Positions 51,401-63,644 of a stretch of DNA of 64,000 nt are shown here, in pieces. A program made the position numbers and the translations under genes. How positions within the stretch are numbered: position 1 is the stretch's first letter; the number at the start of each line of letters is the position of its first letter. Under the pieces are notes generated by a model that worked only from the letters and a program-made list of their open reading frames with translations, did no database searches and was not told where the DNA came from. The stretch comes from Callorhinchus milii (Eukaryota): contig NW_024704743.1 in NCBI RefSeq assembly GCF_018977255.1, forward strand, positions 26,104,001-26,168,000, given 5' to 3'.

Positions 51401-54400
51401 GTGTTTCAACCCATTGCACCGCCCAGCTCTCATGCAATCATTCCGGCTCTGTTACTGCACTCGGCACCAGCACTTTCTAAACTGTTTAGAATGGGCAGGG
51501 TGATCAGTAGTGAGCTGCTGTTCAAATGTTGTCATCCAGTGTATTGTATTATTCCTATAATCACTGACTGTTTGTTTCCCTAGATCTACAAGGAAATAAC
51601 ACTTGGCTAGCCTTCTTGCCTGTTGCACCCATTGAGACGTCAAAGGTTGGAATTCTGGTCATTGCGGGTGTCACCTTTCTCCTGGGTATTGCTTCGCTCC
51701 TGTTACTCGGCCATCTGCTGGGATTTCACGTTTATCTGTGTGAGTGCAATGATGGGCCAGAGCCTTTTTACTGGCCTCGTTTCAATTCCTTGCATCATTT
51801 ATTGGTGGAGGGGAATGGTTCAATTTAGTTTCTGTGCAAACAGAATAGGCTGAAGGTGGGAGGCGTGGGTACTGGTGCAAGTATATGCTGGTGTTAACTC
51901 CTCCACTGATGGAGCATTCAGAATTCTAACCTTCTGCCCAAAGAATCTAAGCATTCTTCTAACCTCCCCTTTAATACCTCTTCCACTAATAATCCTCACC
52001 TTAAACTCCTGCAAAACACTCACCCATTGAATGATGCATGAGTGCTGCACATTGGAGTGCTGACGTGTGCATAGTGAAGGTTCACAAGTTCAACTTATTC
52101 TGCTCAGAGACACCAAACAGGGATCCACACCTCCCATTGAGGGTCAAGACAGAGGCTGAATCAAATGTACCTGTTTTTATTCACTGCTTTGTATACCTTT
52201 AATAATAATAATAATCCTTGCATTTGATATAGCGCTTTTCATGTCGGGAGGACGTCCCAAAGCGCTTCACAGAACACACTGTAAAGTGAATTGACTGTAT
52301 ATTTGTGGGCGAACGCGACAGCCAATTGCGCACAGCAATGTCCCACAAACAGTCGTAGATTGAAAATGGCCAATTTATTATTGTTTTGGTTTTTGGAGGG
52401 ATTATTATTAGGCTCTGTGTGGAGTAAGGAAACTTGCCCAAGGTTTCGCCCTCTGCCTGGAATTGAACTCAGGTCTCTCACTTGCAAAACGAGTGCTCCA
52501 ACCACTGAGCTACAGGACTCCACTTATCTAGTGCCTAGCCCAGTGCCTTGGGAGATCCTCCTGTTGTAAAAGGCGCAATTTGTTGTTGTTGTCTAAGATC
52601 AGCACAATGTTCTCCTCTTGGCTATGGGAGCTTCATAGCCTAGAAACAGAGGAATCAGAAAGTGAAAAAAACTTAGGGAAAGGAGGGGTACAATCCTCGT
52701 TTGTACTAAGTCCTACATCTAGTACAATTTATTGTAATGTTAACATCTCACATAAGCTACAGAAAGAAACGGTTGCTTTTTTTAATATATATGTATATGT
52801 GATAAAGCTCTACAGCAAATAGAAGGATTATTATTAGTATAGAGAGAGAGTACATCAGTAGATACATTTACGGAAATAAGAGTAAGTGAAATATGTGTGT
52901 TTCCACAGTGTTCAAGAAATTGAGTACATATGAGTACATAGTGCGAGAACGCCACAGTCAGAATGTGCGAGACCATGGGAACGATCCCGAGTCAGCACGC
53001 ACTGCTGCTGCCAGAATGACCTCTGCACAGGTACAGCCTTTCATTTCCCAGAGCTCTGCTTCCTAGGTTTTGTCCAGTTGCAGTTTAATTTTTACCTCTT
53101 TGCAGAGAGCCTGCGTTCTGTGTTTTATATCCAATGCTGCAGGTTGTCTATCAACATTACCCGAACCTATAGAGTGTCTTGAGCATTTGAGCATATTCCC
53201 AAACACTGGGATAACGTAGTGCTTTGGATCCAAAACCTTGACACCCCATTAGGAAGGGTCTGGATAAAAAGAATGGCTGCTAGCCCGGAACAATAGGTTG
53301 CCATTGACTTCACTTCTGGCACAACCTGATGCAGCGCAGGAAGCAGACTGGTCTGCTGTGACCATTATCAGCATTTCCAGCACTAGAGGCAATTGCGAGA
53401 GCAGCCATCTGGCCAATCCACACTGGAGAGTACTAATGGGAGCTACTGGCCCACAGGGCACGCATGTTCTAAGTGACCTCTCGTGAGATACATGATAATG
53501 GCATTGCTTTATACTCAGATTGGGTTAGTGTTTTATCAGAATAGAGCGTCCGCAGTAGTTCAAGCCGGACTTTAGTCCTGTCCCATAAATGTGAGGATGA
53601 TTCAAAGAGTGGATCAACATTTCAGTATTTACAAATACTTTCTATCCCTGTATTATTGTTGACATAAATTAAAGAACAGTACAGAGATTTGGTTTTTAAA
53701 AGAATAGTTTTGGGGCCTGATACCCCAATGGTTTCTCTCTCCAGGCTTTTCAGAATGGAGCCATTTTTTTATTTCTTGAGGTAACTAATTTTTTTTCCAC
53801 CTGTGCCCTCTAGAATAGGCTATAAATTTTAAATGTTTACTTCGAAAAGTAATTCTTAGGATAGTATCTGTCAAAGAAATCGAAAATCCGGGTGGGAATG
53901 CCCCGAGGTCCGACTTAAAGATTTCCCCATTTCTGTATACTGGGTACCATGTTCTCGCCAACAAATCCCCTGGATAAAATTGGTCACTCGCTTTATGGCT
54001 GTTTGTGGAAAATTGCTATGCACAACTGGCTGCGGCATTTCATCCACAAAATGCAAAGTCAATCCACTCTACAGTAAACCTGGTGATGCTCTTTGAGATG
54101 CTTTTATTATAACACCATCCAAGAATTCACCTTGAGTAACCTGCAAAGTCCCACTAGGCTGTGGCTCCTGCTCCTGAGGTACCCAGGTAATGTGTGATGT
54201 GATGTGTTATGTTCTTTGCAGGATAAGCCCACAGCAAAGACTCAGCTAGATTCAGAACTTACCACAACAGCCTCCAGGTCAAGGTAAGCTATTTGAGAAC
54301 ATGCAACATATTTGCTCATTCAACATCCTCCACTTACTTCTTCGTTGTCAAAGCTTCTGTCACAATGGGCATTACCCACAACTCGGATACAGTTTAACGT

Positions 54401-57400
54401 CACTTGTGGTGCAACACCTCTATGTTTAATTCCCTCACGCTTAAACAACTAATAGATTAACAAAAATCACCAAGAGTCATTTTATTTCATTTGTACAGTG
54501 AACAGATGAGTTGTACGCTCAATGTTGAGATGTCATTAAATGCGATGTCTCGTGTATGATTGTGCTCATCCCGGGATAAGGGTTATAAAAAGTTACTGAC
54601 CAATTGGCAGGTAGAAATTATTTGGACTTGACCACATTTGATTTAATTTACCAAAAGCAGGGTTGGTCAGGCTCTAATTGAAGATTGATATTAAACTGAA
54701 GACTGAGACTGAAATCAGATACAAATGTAATATAGGGAAGGGGCAAGTTAGATTGTAAATGTGAATTGCAATGAAATTGAAGTTGGCAGCCTGGCTCAGT
54801 TGGTAGCACTCTAAATTAAAATATTGTGGGTTCAACCCCCATGTTTAGACATAGTCTAGGTTGACATACCGATGCCGTCCTTTGATTAAGACATTAAACT
54901 GAAGTCCCATCTGCCTGCTCTAGTAGTTGGTTAAAGATCCCTTTGTACTATTTGAAAAGTGGAAGATGTCATCCTGACCAACAATCCTCCAGATAAAATG
55001 AGGCCTTTCATTTCCTGGCTGTTTGTGGTACATTGTTACGTGCAAAATTGGCTGTTGCATTCACTTACTAAAATACATAATCACTACACTCTAATAAGTC
55101 TGGTGAAGTGCTTTGAAATGTCCTCCCAATGTAAAACGTGATACATCAGGTATTATTTTTATTAGAAATTGTTAAGCACAGCCACTACAGTGTGACAATA
55201 TAGTATGGGATTTACCATGCGACTTCTTCCTTTCTGCGTCCATCCTAAAACACCCAAAAAAATTGAAATAATAAGTTCATATCACGGAATGGGTATCTGA
55301 TGGCTAACGCCTAATAATAATCCCTTCAAAACAAAAGAATAATAAATTGGTCATTTTCAATTCACGACTGTTTGTGGGACACTGCTGTGCGCAATTGGCT
55401 ACCGCATTCACCCACAAATATACAGTCAATTCACTTTACAGTCTATTCTGTGAAGCGCTTTGAGACGTCGAGAAGATGTGAAAATGCTGTATAAAATGCA
55501 AGGATTATTATTATTATTAAAATCTGGAAGTTGGATCTAGCTGGACCAAGCCTGAAGCCAAATTTTTTTNGAAAAGTTTCCATGGCCCACACTCCTGCTG
55601 GCCATTCTCCTAACATGCTCACCGTCCTTGCTGGCCTTCAGTGGCCAGAGATATCAACTTCGACCTGGTTTGAATCCCGCGAGTAGAAGATAACTTATTC
55701 ACTATCTTCTGTTCGCGGGATTCAAACAATTACAATGCCTGTCCTGGCAGTCTTCGGCACTGAAAAATACCGGCGGTGAAAAAGCTGATAAATGGTGGTA
55801 TCGGCATTGTTTTTACACCTTGCTGGACTGGGTCTTTCCTCCGCCCCATCCCACCATCTCCAACTGGTTTCATACACCAGAGGAGTTTTCTTTTTAAACA
55901 GGAAATGTGGTAGCATCGCATTACCATTTTACGAGTGCGGCTGTTATTATGTATATTTTATAAATTCAGGCTGAGTTGAGCCACTTTACATATCTGTGTA
56001 AACCATTATGAAATGTGGGACCCAAGTTGATGCCCTTTCCAGATATGCAACTGTGCATTAAATTGTGGCTTGCATACCAAATTTCACAGTGAGTGTAACA
56101 CCCATGATTTCTTTCCGGAGAGTGGTTGCAAATGTAGATCATGCATAAAGTAAGCAACTGCTAGAGCGCCACACGTCGTGCCAGTTCCACACAGAGTAGA
56201 TGCAAACTCATCAATTGGAAAGTAGGTTAATACTGCTTGATCTCTTGTCGTGTGTGTGTATATATGTTTCACCCACAAAATATACAGTCAATTCCCTTTA
56301 CAGTATATTCTGTGAAACACTTCGAGACGTCTCGAAGACATGATAAGGCGCTATATCAAATGCAAAGATTATTTTTATTACTGTTCCTCACTCCCCATGT
56401 TCTGATGTTCCTGTTATTGAGTGCCGTATTGCGAAATTTATTTTGTTCACCCTATCTAGTAGAATAGCTTCATAGAAGGGAATGAAGGATAGTCCCTGAT
56501 CATTGGATCTTTGGGCTATAAGCAAAACTTCTAACCATTTAACCTATTCTTATTGCGCAGGAAAAAATAGGGAGCAGAACAGATTTAGGTGATTTTGATG
56601 TTGAAGGTCATGATGGGAAATCAATGAAGTGGGTATGAAGTTCTTTATGGGAAGGGATTGTCACGTTTTTTGCTAAATAACTATTTGTAAATTTAACACT
56701 AGCTTTTTGAATACTTTGAATAACCTGTCCATCCAGCATGTTACTGTGCTACGCTAACTTTATTCAAAAGATTCAAATCGATAACTATCTCTCGGCTCCC
56801 AATCATATCTGAACCATCAGTGATGTTCCAAGTGAAGGCAAAGCCCTTCCCCATAAACTGAGAGAGGAAATCAATGAGAACCTCTCCTGGAGCCAGCTCT
56901 TGGTACCACAGAGATCACAAAACACCAATCTAATGGCGCCTCCTGCATGCGTAATCCTGACGTCATAACTGTGCTTCTGGGATGACATCAGGGAGTCCGT
57001 GGAAAGGAGGAATATCGCTGGGCCCACTCCTCTCCCTCCGACTTCACATGATCAATTCTGATCTGATGTACGTAGAGTGAGTGAGTGAGGGAACCAACTC
57101 GGAGTCAGGTCCGAGGAGATCTGTGGCTGGGAATACCAGGCATTATACTCCACTACAGCGCAGTCCCATTATAAAACCGTTTCTTTACAGTTGATATATT
57201 TCATTACAATACAGTTGCAATATGAACGCAAATCAAGCTGTGGTTTGCAAAGTAAAATGGTTGAAGAAAGTTTGGGCAAAAATACGTCTCAGTTCACTAT
57301 TTTTTTATCAACCTTTTTGTGGTGTGTAAACAGGAGCATAATTGTGGGCGATCTCGTTGACAACAATTCTCTTTATTAGCGTATTAGTGCCATCTAATGT

Positions 57401-58800
57401 TGGCAAACTGAATTACATCAGACAGGCTGAAGGGCTGAGCAACTGAACAGTATCAACTTCATGCCAACTAACACACAGACAATCGCCCTGCTTGTCCGTG
57501 CACTCGGTCAATAGCTTTAATTGCACTATTGTTTGAAAAGTCTGTGCCTCAGGAGATGTTTGCTTGTATTTTCTTCCCAGTGCTTCCAAATACCAAGACC
57601 AGGAACAATTCACCAATAGAACATCAAATGGGATCTGCCAAGAGACCTTCAGTGTTTCTACATCCGCAATCCCCTCTCACAGTCAGCAGGTATTTTTAAG
57701 CTATGTTGTTGCACATTTTGTAGCACTCATCCTGTAGCATATTGGTTAGAGCACTCGCCTCGCAAGCAAGAGGACCTGGGTTCGATTCCTGGGCAGGACG
57801 AAACCTTAGGCAAGTTTCCTTACTCCACACGCCTCTGTTTACCCAGCAATAAGTATTTTGTTATTCAATTGGCAGATTGCTTTCTGAGGGTAATAATCCC
57901 TCCAAAAAAATAAATAAATTTGGTCATTCAGTCCACAATTGTTTATGGGATACTGCTGTGCGCAATTGGCTGCTGCATTTTGTCCACAATATATTTACAA
58001 TATATTCTGTGAAGCACTTTGATATGTCTCAACAATGTGATAAGGCGCTATATTAAATGCAACGATTATTATTGTTTTAATCTATTTAAACATTCATATT
58101 TGTGTCATTAAAGAGCTGATTATTATTATCTTGTTTAAAGTGCAGCATTAATATTGAAGCTGTTTTCTGTGACTTCTAAAATTAAAATAATTTAATGCTA
58201 GGAACCAAATAAGCGACCCAGAAATGGTTTACAAGAGGACAGTAACATCGACGAAACTAAATTTGTATCTGAGAAGACATCTACTGGTAAGAATAAAACA
58301 AATAAAGCAAGTATTTGAACCATCCAGTGCTATTTAGAATTTACAAAGCGCTTCAGATTTGTCTTTATTTAAAAAAAAGCCCAACATCATGAATGGGCAT
58401 TTTTTTCTGTGCCGATACGAGTGGATTTGCATTATTTTTGGTCTCTTGTATGTGCTCATATCTCACTTCTTGTCAAACAGCTCAGTCCAATCCAGAACCA
58501 CAGGACAAGTCTGATGGAACGCTACAGATTGATCACAAACACTTGAAGGAGCCTCACCGAGAAAGCCTGGAGTCTATAGAAGAGATCCCAGTGGTGCAAA
58601 ATCCTCTTGGCAGTGCCACTATGGAAAGTACGTGCACAGAAGAGACGAGTAATACACACAAGAGCTTGGGAGCTTCAAATGAAAGCGTGCTTTTGGACAA
58701 CACCTCGAGCTTGCTGGCAAATCCAAGGAGTTCTGAACAGTTGGCTCCAAAGCCGATGGTCCAGAAAGGCACAAGGATTCATCTGAACAAACAGAAATAA
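42240..58800 (+). CDS. ZDHHC11: DHHC-type palmitoyltransferase ZDHHC11-like, spliced CDS: join(42240-42461,44088-44266,44982-45083,50234-50358,51584-51739,52909-53030,54222-54283,57581-57689,58202-58286,58481-58800), 493 aa
   Basis: Exon lengths 222+179+102+125+156+122+62+109+85+320=1482 nt with matching phases and GT..AG ends. The protein has [45 protein letters not shown] (DHHC-CRD), four hydrophobic segments and STYEY (TTxE-like). From recalled sequences it is closer to ZDHHC11 than to its paralog ZDHHC1. Confidence 0.9.
42462..44087 (+). other. U12-type (minor spliceosome) GT-AG intron
   Basis: 5' site GTATCCTTT (42462-42470); branch site TTCCTTAAC (44064-44072) about 16 nt before the AG; no long polypyrimidine tract between them. 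Confidence 0.92.
44088..44266 (+). CDS. ZDHHC11: ZDHHC11 coding exon 2 ([26 protein letters not shown]...HCYLCEVDV)
   Basis: Missed in the correct frame by the ORF track. Preceded by TTCCTTAAC..TAG, followed by GTATGT; contains TM2 and the start of the Cys-rich domain. Confidence 0.93.
44982..45083 (+). CDS. ZDHHC11: ZDHHC11 coding exon 3, catalytic DHHC motif
   Basis: [34 protein letters not shown]; tttctAG acceptor, GTGAGT donor. Confidence 0.96.
46970..47278 (+). mobile_element. full-length tRNA(Ala)-headed SINE, short subfamily
   Basis: A box TAGCTCAGTGG, anticodon arm CTCGC-TTTGCAA-GCGAG, B box GAGTTCAATTCC, L2-like tail and (ATT)n. Confidence 0.93.
47620..47972 (+). mobile_element. 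copy of the same non-LTR 3' UTR family (ZDHHC11 intron 3)
   Basis: Aligns with about 2370-2735 and ends GGGTGACCATAAATAAATAA. Confidence 0.7.
48865..49500 (+). mobile_element. decayed L2 fragment (ZDHHC11 intron 3)
   Basis: [40 protein letters not shown] remnants. Confidence 0.8.
49722..50147 (+). mobile_element. SacSINE1-like DeuSINE
   Basis: GTCAGCCTGG..TAGCACTCTCGCCTCTGAGTCA..GGTTGTGGGTTCAAACCCC..GGATGAGATGTTAAACCGAG..; shared L2-like tail. Confidence 0.8.
50234..50358 (+). CDS. ZDHHC11: ZDHHC11 coding exon 4 ([41 protein letters not shown])
   Basis: Strong pyrimidine tract + CAG, GTACGT donor, TM3. Confidence 0.93.
51584..51739 (+). CDS. ZDHHC11: ZDHHC11 coding exon 5 ([15 protein letters not shown]...[12 protein letters not shown])
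   Basis: ccctAG acceptor, GTGAGT donor, TM4. Confidence 0.93.
52200..52521 (-). mobile_element. full-length tRNA-headed SINE (ZDHHC11 intron 5)
   Basis: Near-identical to 28236-28559. Confidence 0.93.
52909..53030 (+). CDS. ZDHHC11: ZDHHC11 coding exon 6 ([16 protein letters not shown]...MTSAQ)
   Basis: ttccacAG acceptor, CAG|GTACAG donor, TTxE-like STYE motif at the expected place after TM4. Confidence 0.9.
54222..54283 (+). CDS. ZDHHC11: probable ZDHHC11 coding exon 7 ([20 protein letters not shown])
   Basis: ttctttgcAG acceptor, AAG|GTAAGC donor, open in the required phase. Confidence 0.72.
54786..55160 (+). mobile_element. SacSINE1-like DeuSINE, decayed
   Basis: CAGCCTGGCTCAGTTGGTAGCACTCT head and Deu-like body. 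Confidence 0.7.
55307..55518 (+). mobile_element. 5'-truncated tRNA-headed SINE
   Basis: Matches the body and tail of 46970-47278. Confidence 0.88.
57581..57689 (+). CDS. ZDHHC11: probable ZDHHC11 coding exon 8 ([10 protein letters not shown]...PSHSQQ)
   Basis: ttttcttcccAG acceptor, CAG|GTATTT donor, phase 2 to 0, open frame. Confidence 0.68.
57730..58073 (+). mobile_element. tRNA-headed SINE, long subfamily (ZDHHC11 intron 8)
   Basis: Head with CTCGC-CTCGCAA-GCAAG arm and GGTTCGATTCC B box, extra internal block, L2-like tail. Confidence 0.87.
58202..58286 (+). CDS. ZDHHC11: probable ZDHHC11 coding exon 9 ([13 protein letters not shown]...EKTST)
   Basis: Weak AT-rich acceptor (gctAG), strong CTG|GTAAGA donor; phase 0 to 1 links exon 8 to exon 10. 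Confidence 0.62.
58481..58800 (+). CDS. ZDHHC11: probable terminal ZDHHC11 coding exon (AQSNPEPQ...[15 protein letters not shown]...HLNKQK*)
   Basis: aaacAG acceptor; in frame with the ORF-track ORF 58393-58800; TAA at 58798-58800. Confidence 0.72.
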
Positions 58801-60111
58801 CTTACTAAGCACATTTATTTGTTATCAAGCGAATCCAGATTTCATCTGGGCAAAATTGAATGAATATTTTCCTGATCTCTGAATGAAAACTTTGCGATAG
58901 AAAGTTGATCAATGCAGCAGGGATTCTTGAGGCCTTCGTGTGATAGATCAAGCCCAAGTGCCTAAGTCATTCTTCTGTTGAGAAGCAGGGTTTATTAGGC
59001 AGGCCTGGAAATTTTGAAATTCCAAATGTTTGCATTCAATGTGTCTTTGAATGCTGTGCCTGAAGCTGTATGAATGCTGTGCCTGAGGCTATGATTCTTT
59101 CTTATGCTGTGCCTGAACTTATAAGCGGAGTTGAGTGAACAGGGACATGATAAACTGTTGAGCTTACGTGGTTTGATGGTAGAATAGACCGCATGATCTA
59201 GCCCAAAGCTGCTGGATATAGAAGTGGGGGGGGGGGGGGGGAGGGAGGGAGTAGGTAGGAAGAGGAAGAAGGAACTAGATTTGACCTTGTCTTGAAATTT
59301 GCTATCTCAAAGTGCACTGCACTTGTAACTACTGATCCCAATAAGTTGCACAGTTCACAGTTGCCTGCGTCACACAAAGCTGCTAACCAGTACAACACAG
59401 AACTAAGGAGCGTGATGTACAAGAGTCTTCCAATTTCGTCCTTCCCCCACTTTTCAAATTCAAAGAAAACTCACGAAAATGGGGCATATTTGATAGATGT
59501 GGCATAACTCAAGTACCATAACTATTTGTATAAAGTAGACACTCGCTCGCAATGTATGTTCGTGTGGATGTTGGGTATATTTTTCAGTGTGAAATGGGAG
59601 TCAATTTACAGTACTCAGTTTTAGGGAAATGAAATTTAGAAAAAGAAATGTTTTAGTGAATGACCTGCACAATTCTCTCACTCATGTGTCATGAGGTCTT
59701 TATGCAATATTTGTGGGTCCCAGCGACAAGCATGTAGTCTTCTAGGTAAATGCCACACCAAAGCTGCTCCAACTCAGCAAATTGCTAGAGTAGGAATGAA
59801 GACCTGGTGTCTAACTTGTGATATTCACAAACCATATTTACTGCATTAATTGCAATAAATCCAGTTTGAATCCTCATTGACTCTGCTTTGCAAAATTCTC
59901 ACTTAGGCTTTGCTGGCTGGGGATTTTTCAGACTTTGGATTCACCATTGCTGTGTCGCAAACCACACATTGCAATTAAAGCAATACATCTGGTTTGGAAA
60001 TATCACCAATTAGACCCCAGGAAGGCAATATGTTAACAAGATGTGTTAGTTACACCAGTCAGACGTGCATTGACCTGTACAATAGGAAATGTGAAGTTTT
60101 CACTTCATAGT

Positions 60112-60475
60112 CTGGCTTGGCTGGTTGCACTTTCACCTCTGGATCAGAATGCTGTAGGTTTAAGACTCATGTCAAGTCTAGGCTGACTCTCCAGTGCAGT
60201 GCTGGAGAAATGCTGCTTTGTCAGAAGTGCCACCCTCTCAGGTGGAAGTTAAAGATCCCACGACACTATTCAAAATTAGAATGGCATTTCATCCTGTTTC
60301 CTGTCCAGCAATCCTCCAGATTGCTTTATCATTTAGCACAAGGCTGTTTATGGTTTCATGCAAACCAGAAAACTGCCGTGTTTGCTTTCAAAAACAACTG
60401 CTGCACTTGATAGTAATTATCTGTGATGTGCTTTAGGTTGTTTTGATGCGATAAGTGGCTCTTAATTGTAAGTAT
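60112..60475 (+). mobile_element. SacSINE1-like DeuSINE, decayed (putative 3' UTR region)
   Basis: CCTCTGGATCAGAA..TCTAGGCTGACTCTCCAGTGCAGTGCTG..GTTAAAGATCCCA. Confidence 0.7.
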
Positions 60476-61582
60476 CCTCATTTGTTGATTTAAATGTTTC
60501 CAGTTAAAAACCATGTGAAACAAATTTATAACAAATAATAATCTTCACAGAGCCACGATTGATTAATTGATAAATGCTGAAACTCTTAGAATCGGAGAGA
60601 GAAAAAATATTTTTGTATTGATCATTTTAAATGTTATCATGGGGCTGCCAGCCCATTCGGGAGTTTCCTGAATGAACCTTTGGTAGAATAATCCCTCATG
60701 ATCAAGTAAAGTAACATTCACTAGTGTCGTACCAAATGACTACCTTCTGCAACATGCAGCATGGCAACAGGGAAGATTTGGTCCAGCACATTGATGGGAT
60801 CAAACTCATGCATTTGTTTTTTTAACTTGACTTCTCATCTTCAATGCACTATTCACTAACGGTACTTGTGTTGAACGTGGCAATTTTTAATATTTATAGA
60901 CAAATCATCTGAATTGTGTTTTAATGAGTGCCTATTATGTGAAACTTGAAATGGAAAAAAAAAGTCTATGTACATATGTGTGTTTCTATACAGGCGGTCT
61001 ACTTTGTGGTCATTCTTAATGGAATTCCTCAATAATTAATCCTGTTAGGATTCCCGTTGACCCACAAGAACTCCATTATAGAACTAAATCACGTTGTCCC
61101 CATTCGTGTGATTCTGATTCCTTATTTGGGAATCCCATTAAGTAATGCAAAGTAGACCCAATAGTGTTGTTTCAGTATTTTTTTTAAATCACTTGTCATT
61201 AGTTATTACATTGATTTGTTTGCACAAGCCTTTTTAAACAGTTTCTGCATTCAATCTGCCCTGCTTAGGTCAATCCCATTATAAATGCTGTGTTCATGTT
61301 ATATAACTTCAGTTGTGTTTGTGAAGACACTAATGCTATTGTGTCAAAAAACATGCACAGCTTGAAGGGCAGGGAACCTGAAATACAACAAACCAGAAGA
61401 CTGCAAAGATACTAAGTTACAACCAACATGACAGGACAAATCACTAATGTTTTCTTTATAATTGACATTAGTTTTCAGTCATTTTTGATCATTTCAGTCC
61501 TCATTATATTATATTAATTATACATGAAGCACCAAGACACGCCCTTTAGTCAGCTGTTGGAAAATGTATGTAAATGTTATTT

Positions 61583-61619
61583 AATAAAATTCTTGTATTT
61601 TTATGATTCAGATAATAAA
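61583..61619 (+). terminator. candidate polyadenylation signals for ZDHHC11 (alternative at 59854-59859)
   Basis: AATAAA at 61583-61588 and 61614-61619 in an AU-rich tract downstream of the stop codon; usage not demonstrable from sequence. Confidence 0.35.
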
Positions 61620-62174
61620 ATATACAATTTTAATTGGTAATTGGTTTTCTGAACTTGTAGTACACACAGCTCAAAAATACAATGAATGGAATAGGACTGA
61701 GTCTACAAAAATGTACACAACATTGGACTCGGATGTAAAAGGATTGGCTACACGAGTCAACATCAAACTGGAAATTGTCAATTAGTGACCTTTACTATGA
61801 CATTTGCAAACCAAGAGTAGATTTAATTACATACACAAATCTGATTTAGCAAATTTAGACCAAGTCATAATTTATCATATTTGTCTGGTTTCAGCTCTTA
61901 CAATGTCCTCTGTGACCTACTCACTTTCAAAGAAAATATTAATGCTTTTAGCTGTCCTTAAGGTCACCCCTCTCAAGCCCACATGGCTGCTCTGTATTTA
62001 CCCGTAGATACAATGCACAAACCCCGATCCTCCTGGAATGGACAGTTCACAAACTGGGATTTTGTTTCACAGCTTCTTAGGAAAAGCAAAAATGTCAGCA
62101 ATCTCACCCCTGAGTGTTTTCTAATATAAATTCAACAATAAATGGCAGAGATGGGCTCTCTTCCAAATTAAGAA

Positions 62175-63590
62175 AACAATAACAACAAAATTACATTTGT
62201 ATAGCGCCTTTGACGTCGGAAGGACGTCCCAAGGCGGTGGACTGACAAGAGTTTCGGACCCAAACTGGGGGTCGGGGTCGGGGTCGGGCAGGGTGGAGGG
62301 CATAGGGGGAAGAAGGAAGATTGAAAGCACAGTCGAAGAGGAGGGTCTTGAGGTGGGTCTTGAAGGTGGCAAGGGAGGGGGCGAGGTGGAGGGACTGTGG
62401 GATGGGTTCCAGAGGGTGGGGGCAGAGTGGCAGAAGGCCCGCCCGCCAACAGTGGGGAGAGCGAGGCAGGGGATGTGAAGCATGTCGGAGCCCACTGAGC
62501 GGAGGGAGCAAGCAGGATGGTAGGGGGTTAGGAGGTCACAGAGATAGGGAGGAGCAGACCATGGAGGGCTGTGAAGGTGAGGACCAGAATCTTGAACTGT
62601 ATCCTCTATGTGATGGGAAGCCAGTGGAGTCGGGTGAGGATGGAGGTGATAGGGTTGCAGAGCCTGGTGCAGGAGAGGCCACAGGCTGCAGAGTTCTGGA
62701 TGATCTGAAGTCTGTGGAGGGAGGAGTTGGCGAGGCTGACAAGCAATGAGTTTGCATCGTCCAGCCTCGATGTAATGAAAGCGTGTATGAGGGTTTTGGA
62801 GGCTTGTGGTGTGAGACAGTGGCGGAGCCCGGTGATGTTGCGGAGGTGGGGGAAGGCAGAGCGAGTCATGGTGCAGATGTAGGGGAGAAAGGATAGTTGA
62901 GGGTCAAACAAGATGTCAAGGTTCCACATGTGTCACACTCCCGGCTGAACAAAAAGATTGGGCGTCAAACAGGTCACACAGGTTCCTTACCGGCTCTGTG
63001 AGGTGGAGAGTGCGTCCATGAATAGCGATGCTGTCAGTGCCTGAGGTGAGGAGGCGCTGACGGGAGCCAATCAGGAGAGCCTCGGTCTTGTGGATGTTCA
63101 ACTGAAGAAAGTTAGCTCTCATCCAGGGCTTGAGGTCCGACAGACATTCTGTCAGGACAGCAGTGGTCCTGGAGTCAAGGGTGGAGGCAGAGAGGTAGAG
63201 TTGGGTGTCATCCGCATACATGTGGAAGTTGACCCCATGTCTGTGGATGATATCACCAAGAGGGAGCATCTAGGTATTGAAGAGGAGGGGAGCCCTGAGG
63301 AACGCCGCACAAGACGGTGTGGGGGCTAGAGGAAAAACCGTTGTGGAGATGAAGTGGAGGCGGTGTGAGAGGTATGATCTGAACCAATCAAGGACAGAGC
63401 CGTGAAGGTTGAGGTGAGAGGAGAAGCGGTGGATGAGGATAGAGTGGTCAACGGTGTCGAAGCAGCAGCGAAGTCAAGGAGGATGAGGAGGCAGAGGGAG
63501 CCCTGGTCACAGATGGACAGAATGTCATTTGTCACTTTGACCGGGGCTGCCTCTGTGCTGTGTGCAGCACGGAAACCCGATTGGAGGGGG
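62175..63590 (-). mobile_element. L2 LINE fragment
   Basis: DPLQSGFRAAHSTE, YADDTQLY, FITSRLD, LQIIQNSAA, GGRAF; small internal duplication at about 62900-62985. Confidence 0.93.
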
Positions 63591-63644
63591 TCCTCATTTG
63601 ACACTTGACAGTGTGCTCAGAGACACTGTTAATGGGTGCTTATT

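Noticed and set aside
52921..52940. Perfect 10-nt tandem TGAGTACATA x2 inside exon 6
   Set aside because: It encodes the conserved LSTYEYI motif in frame; most simply a codon coincidence.
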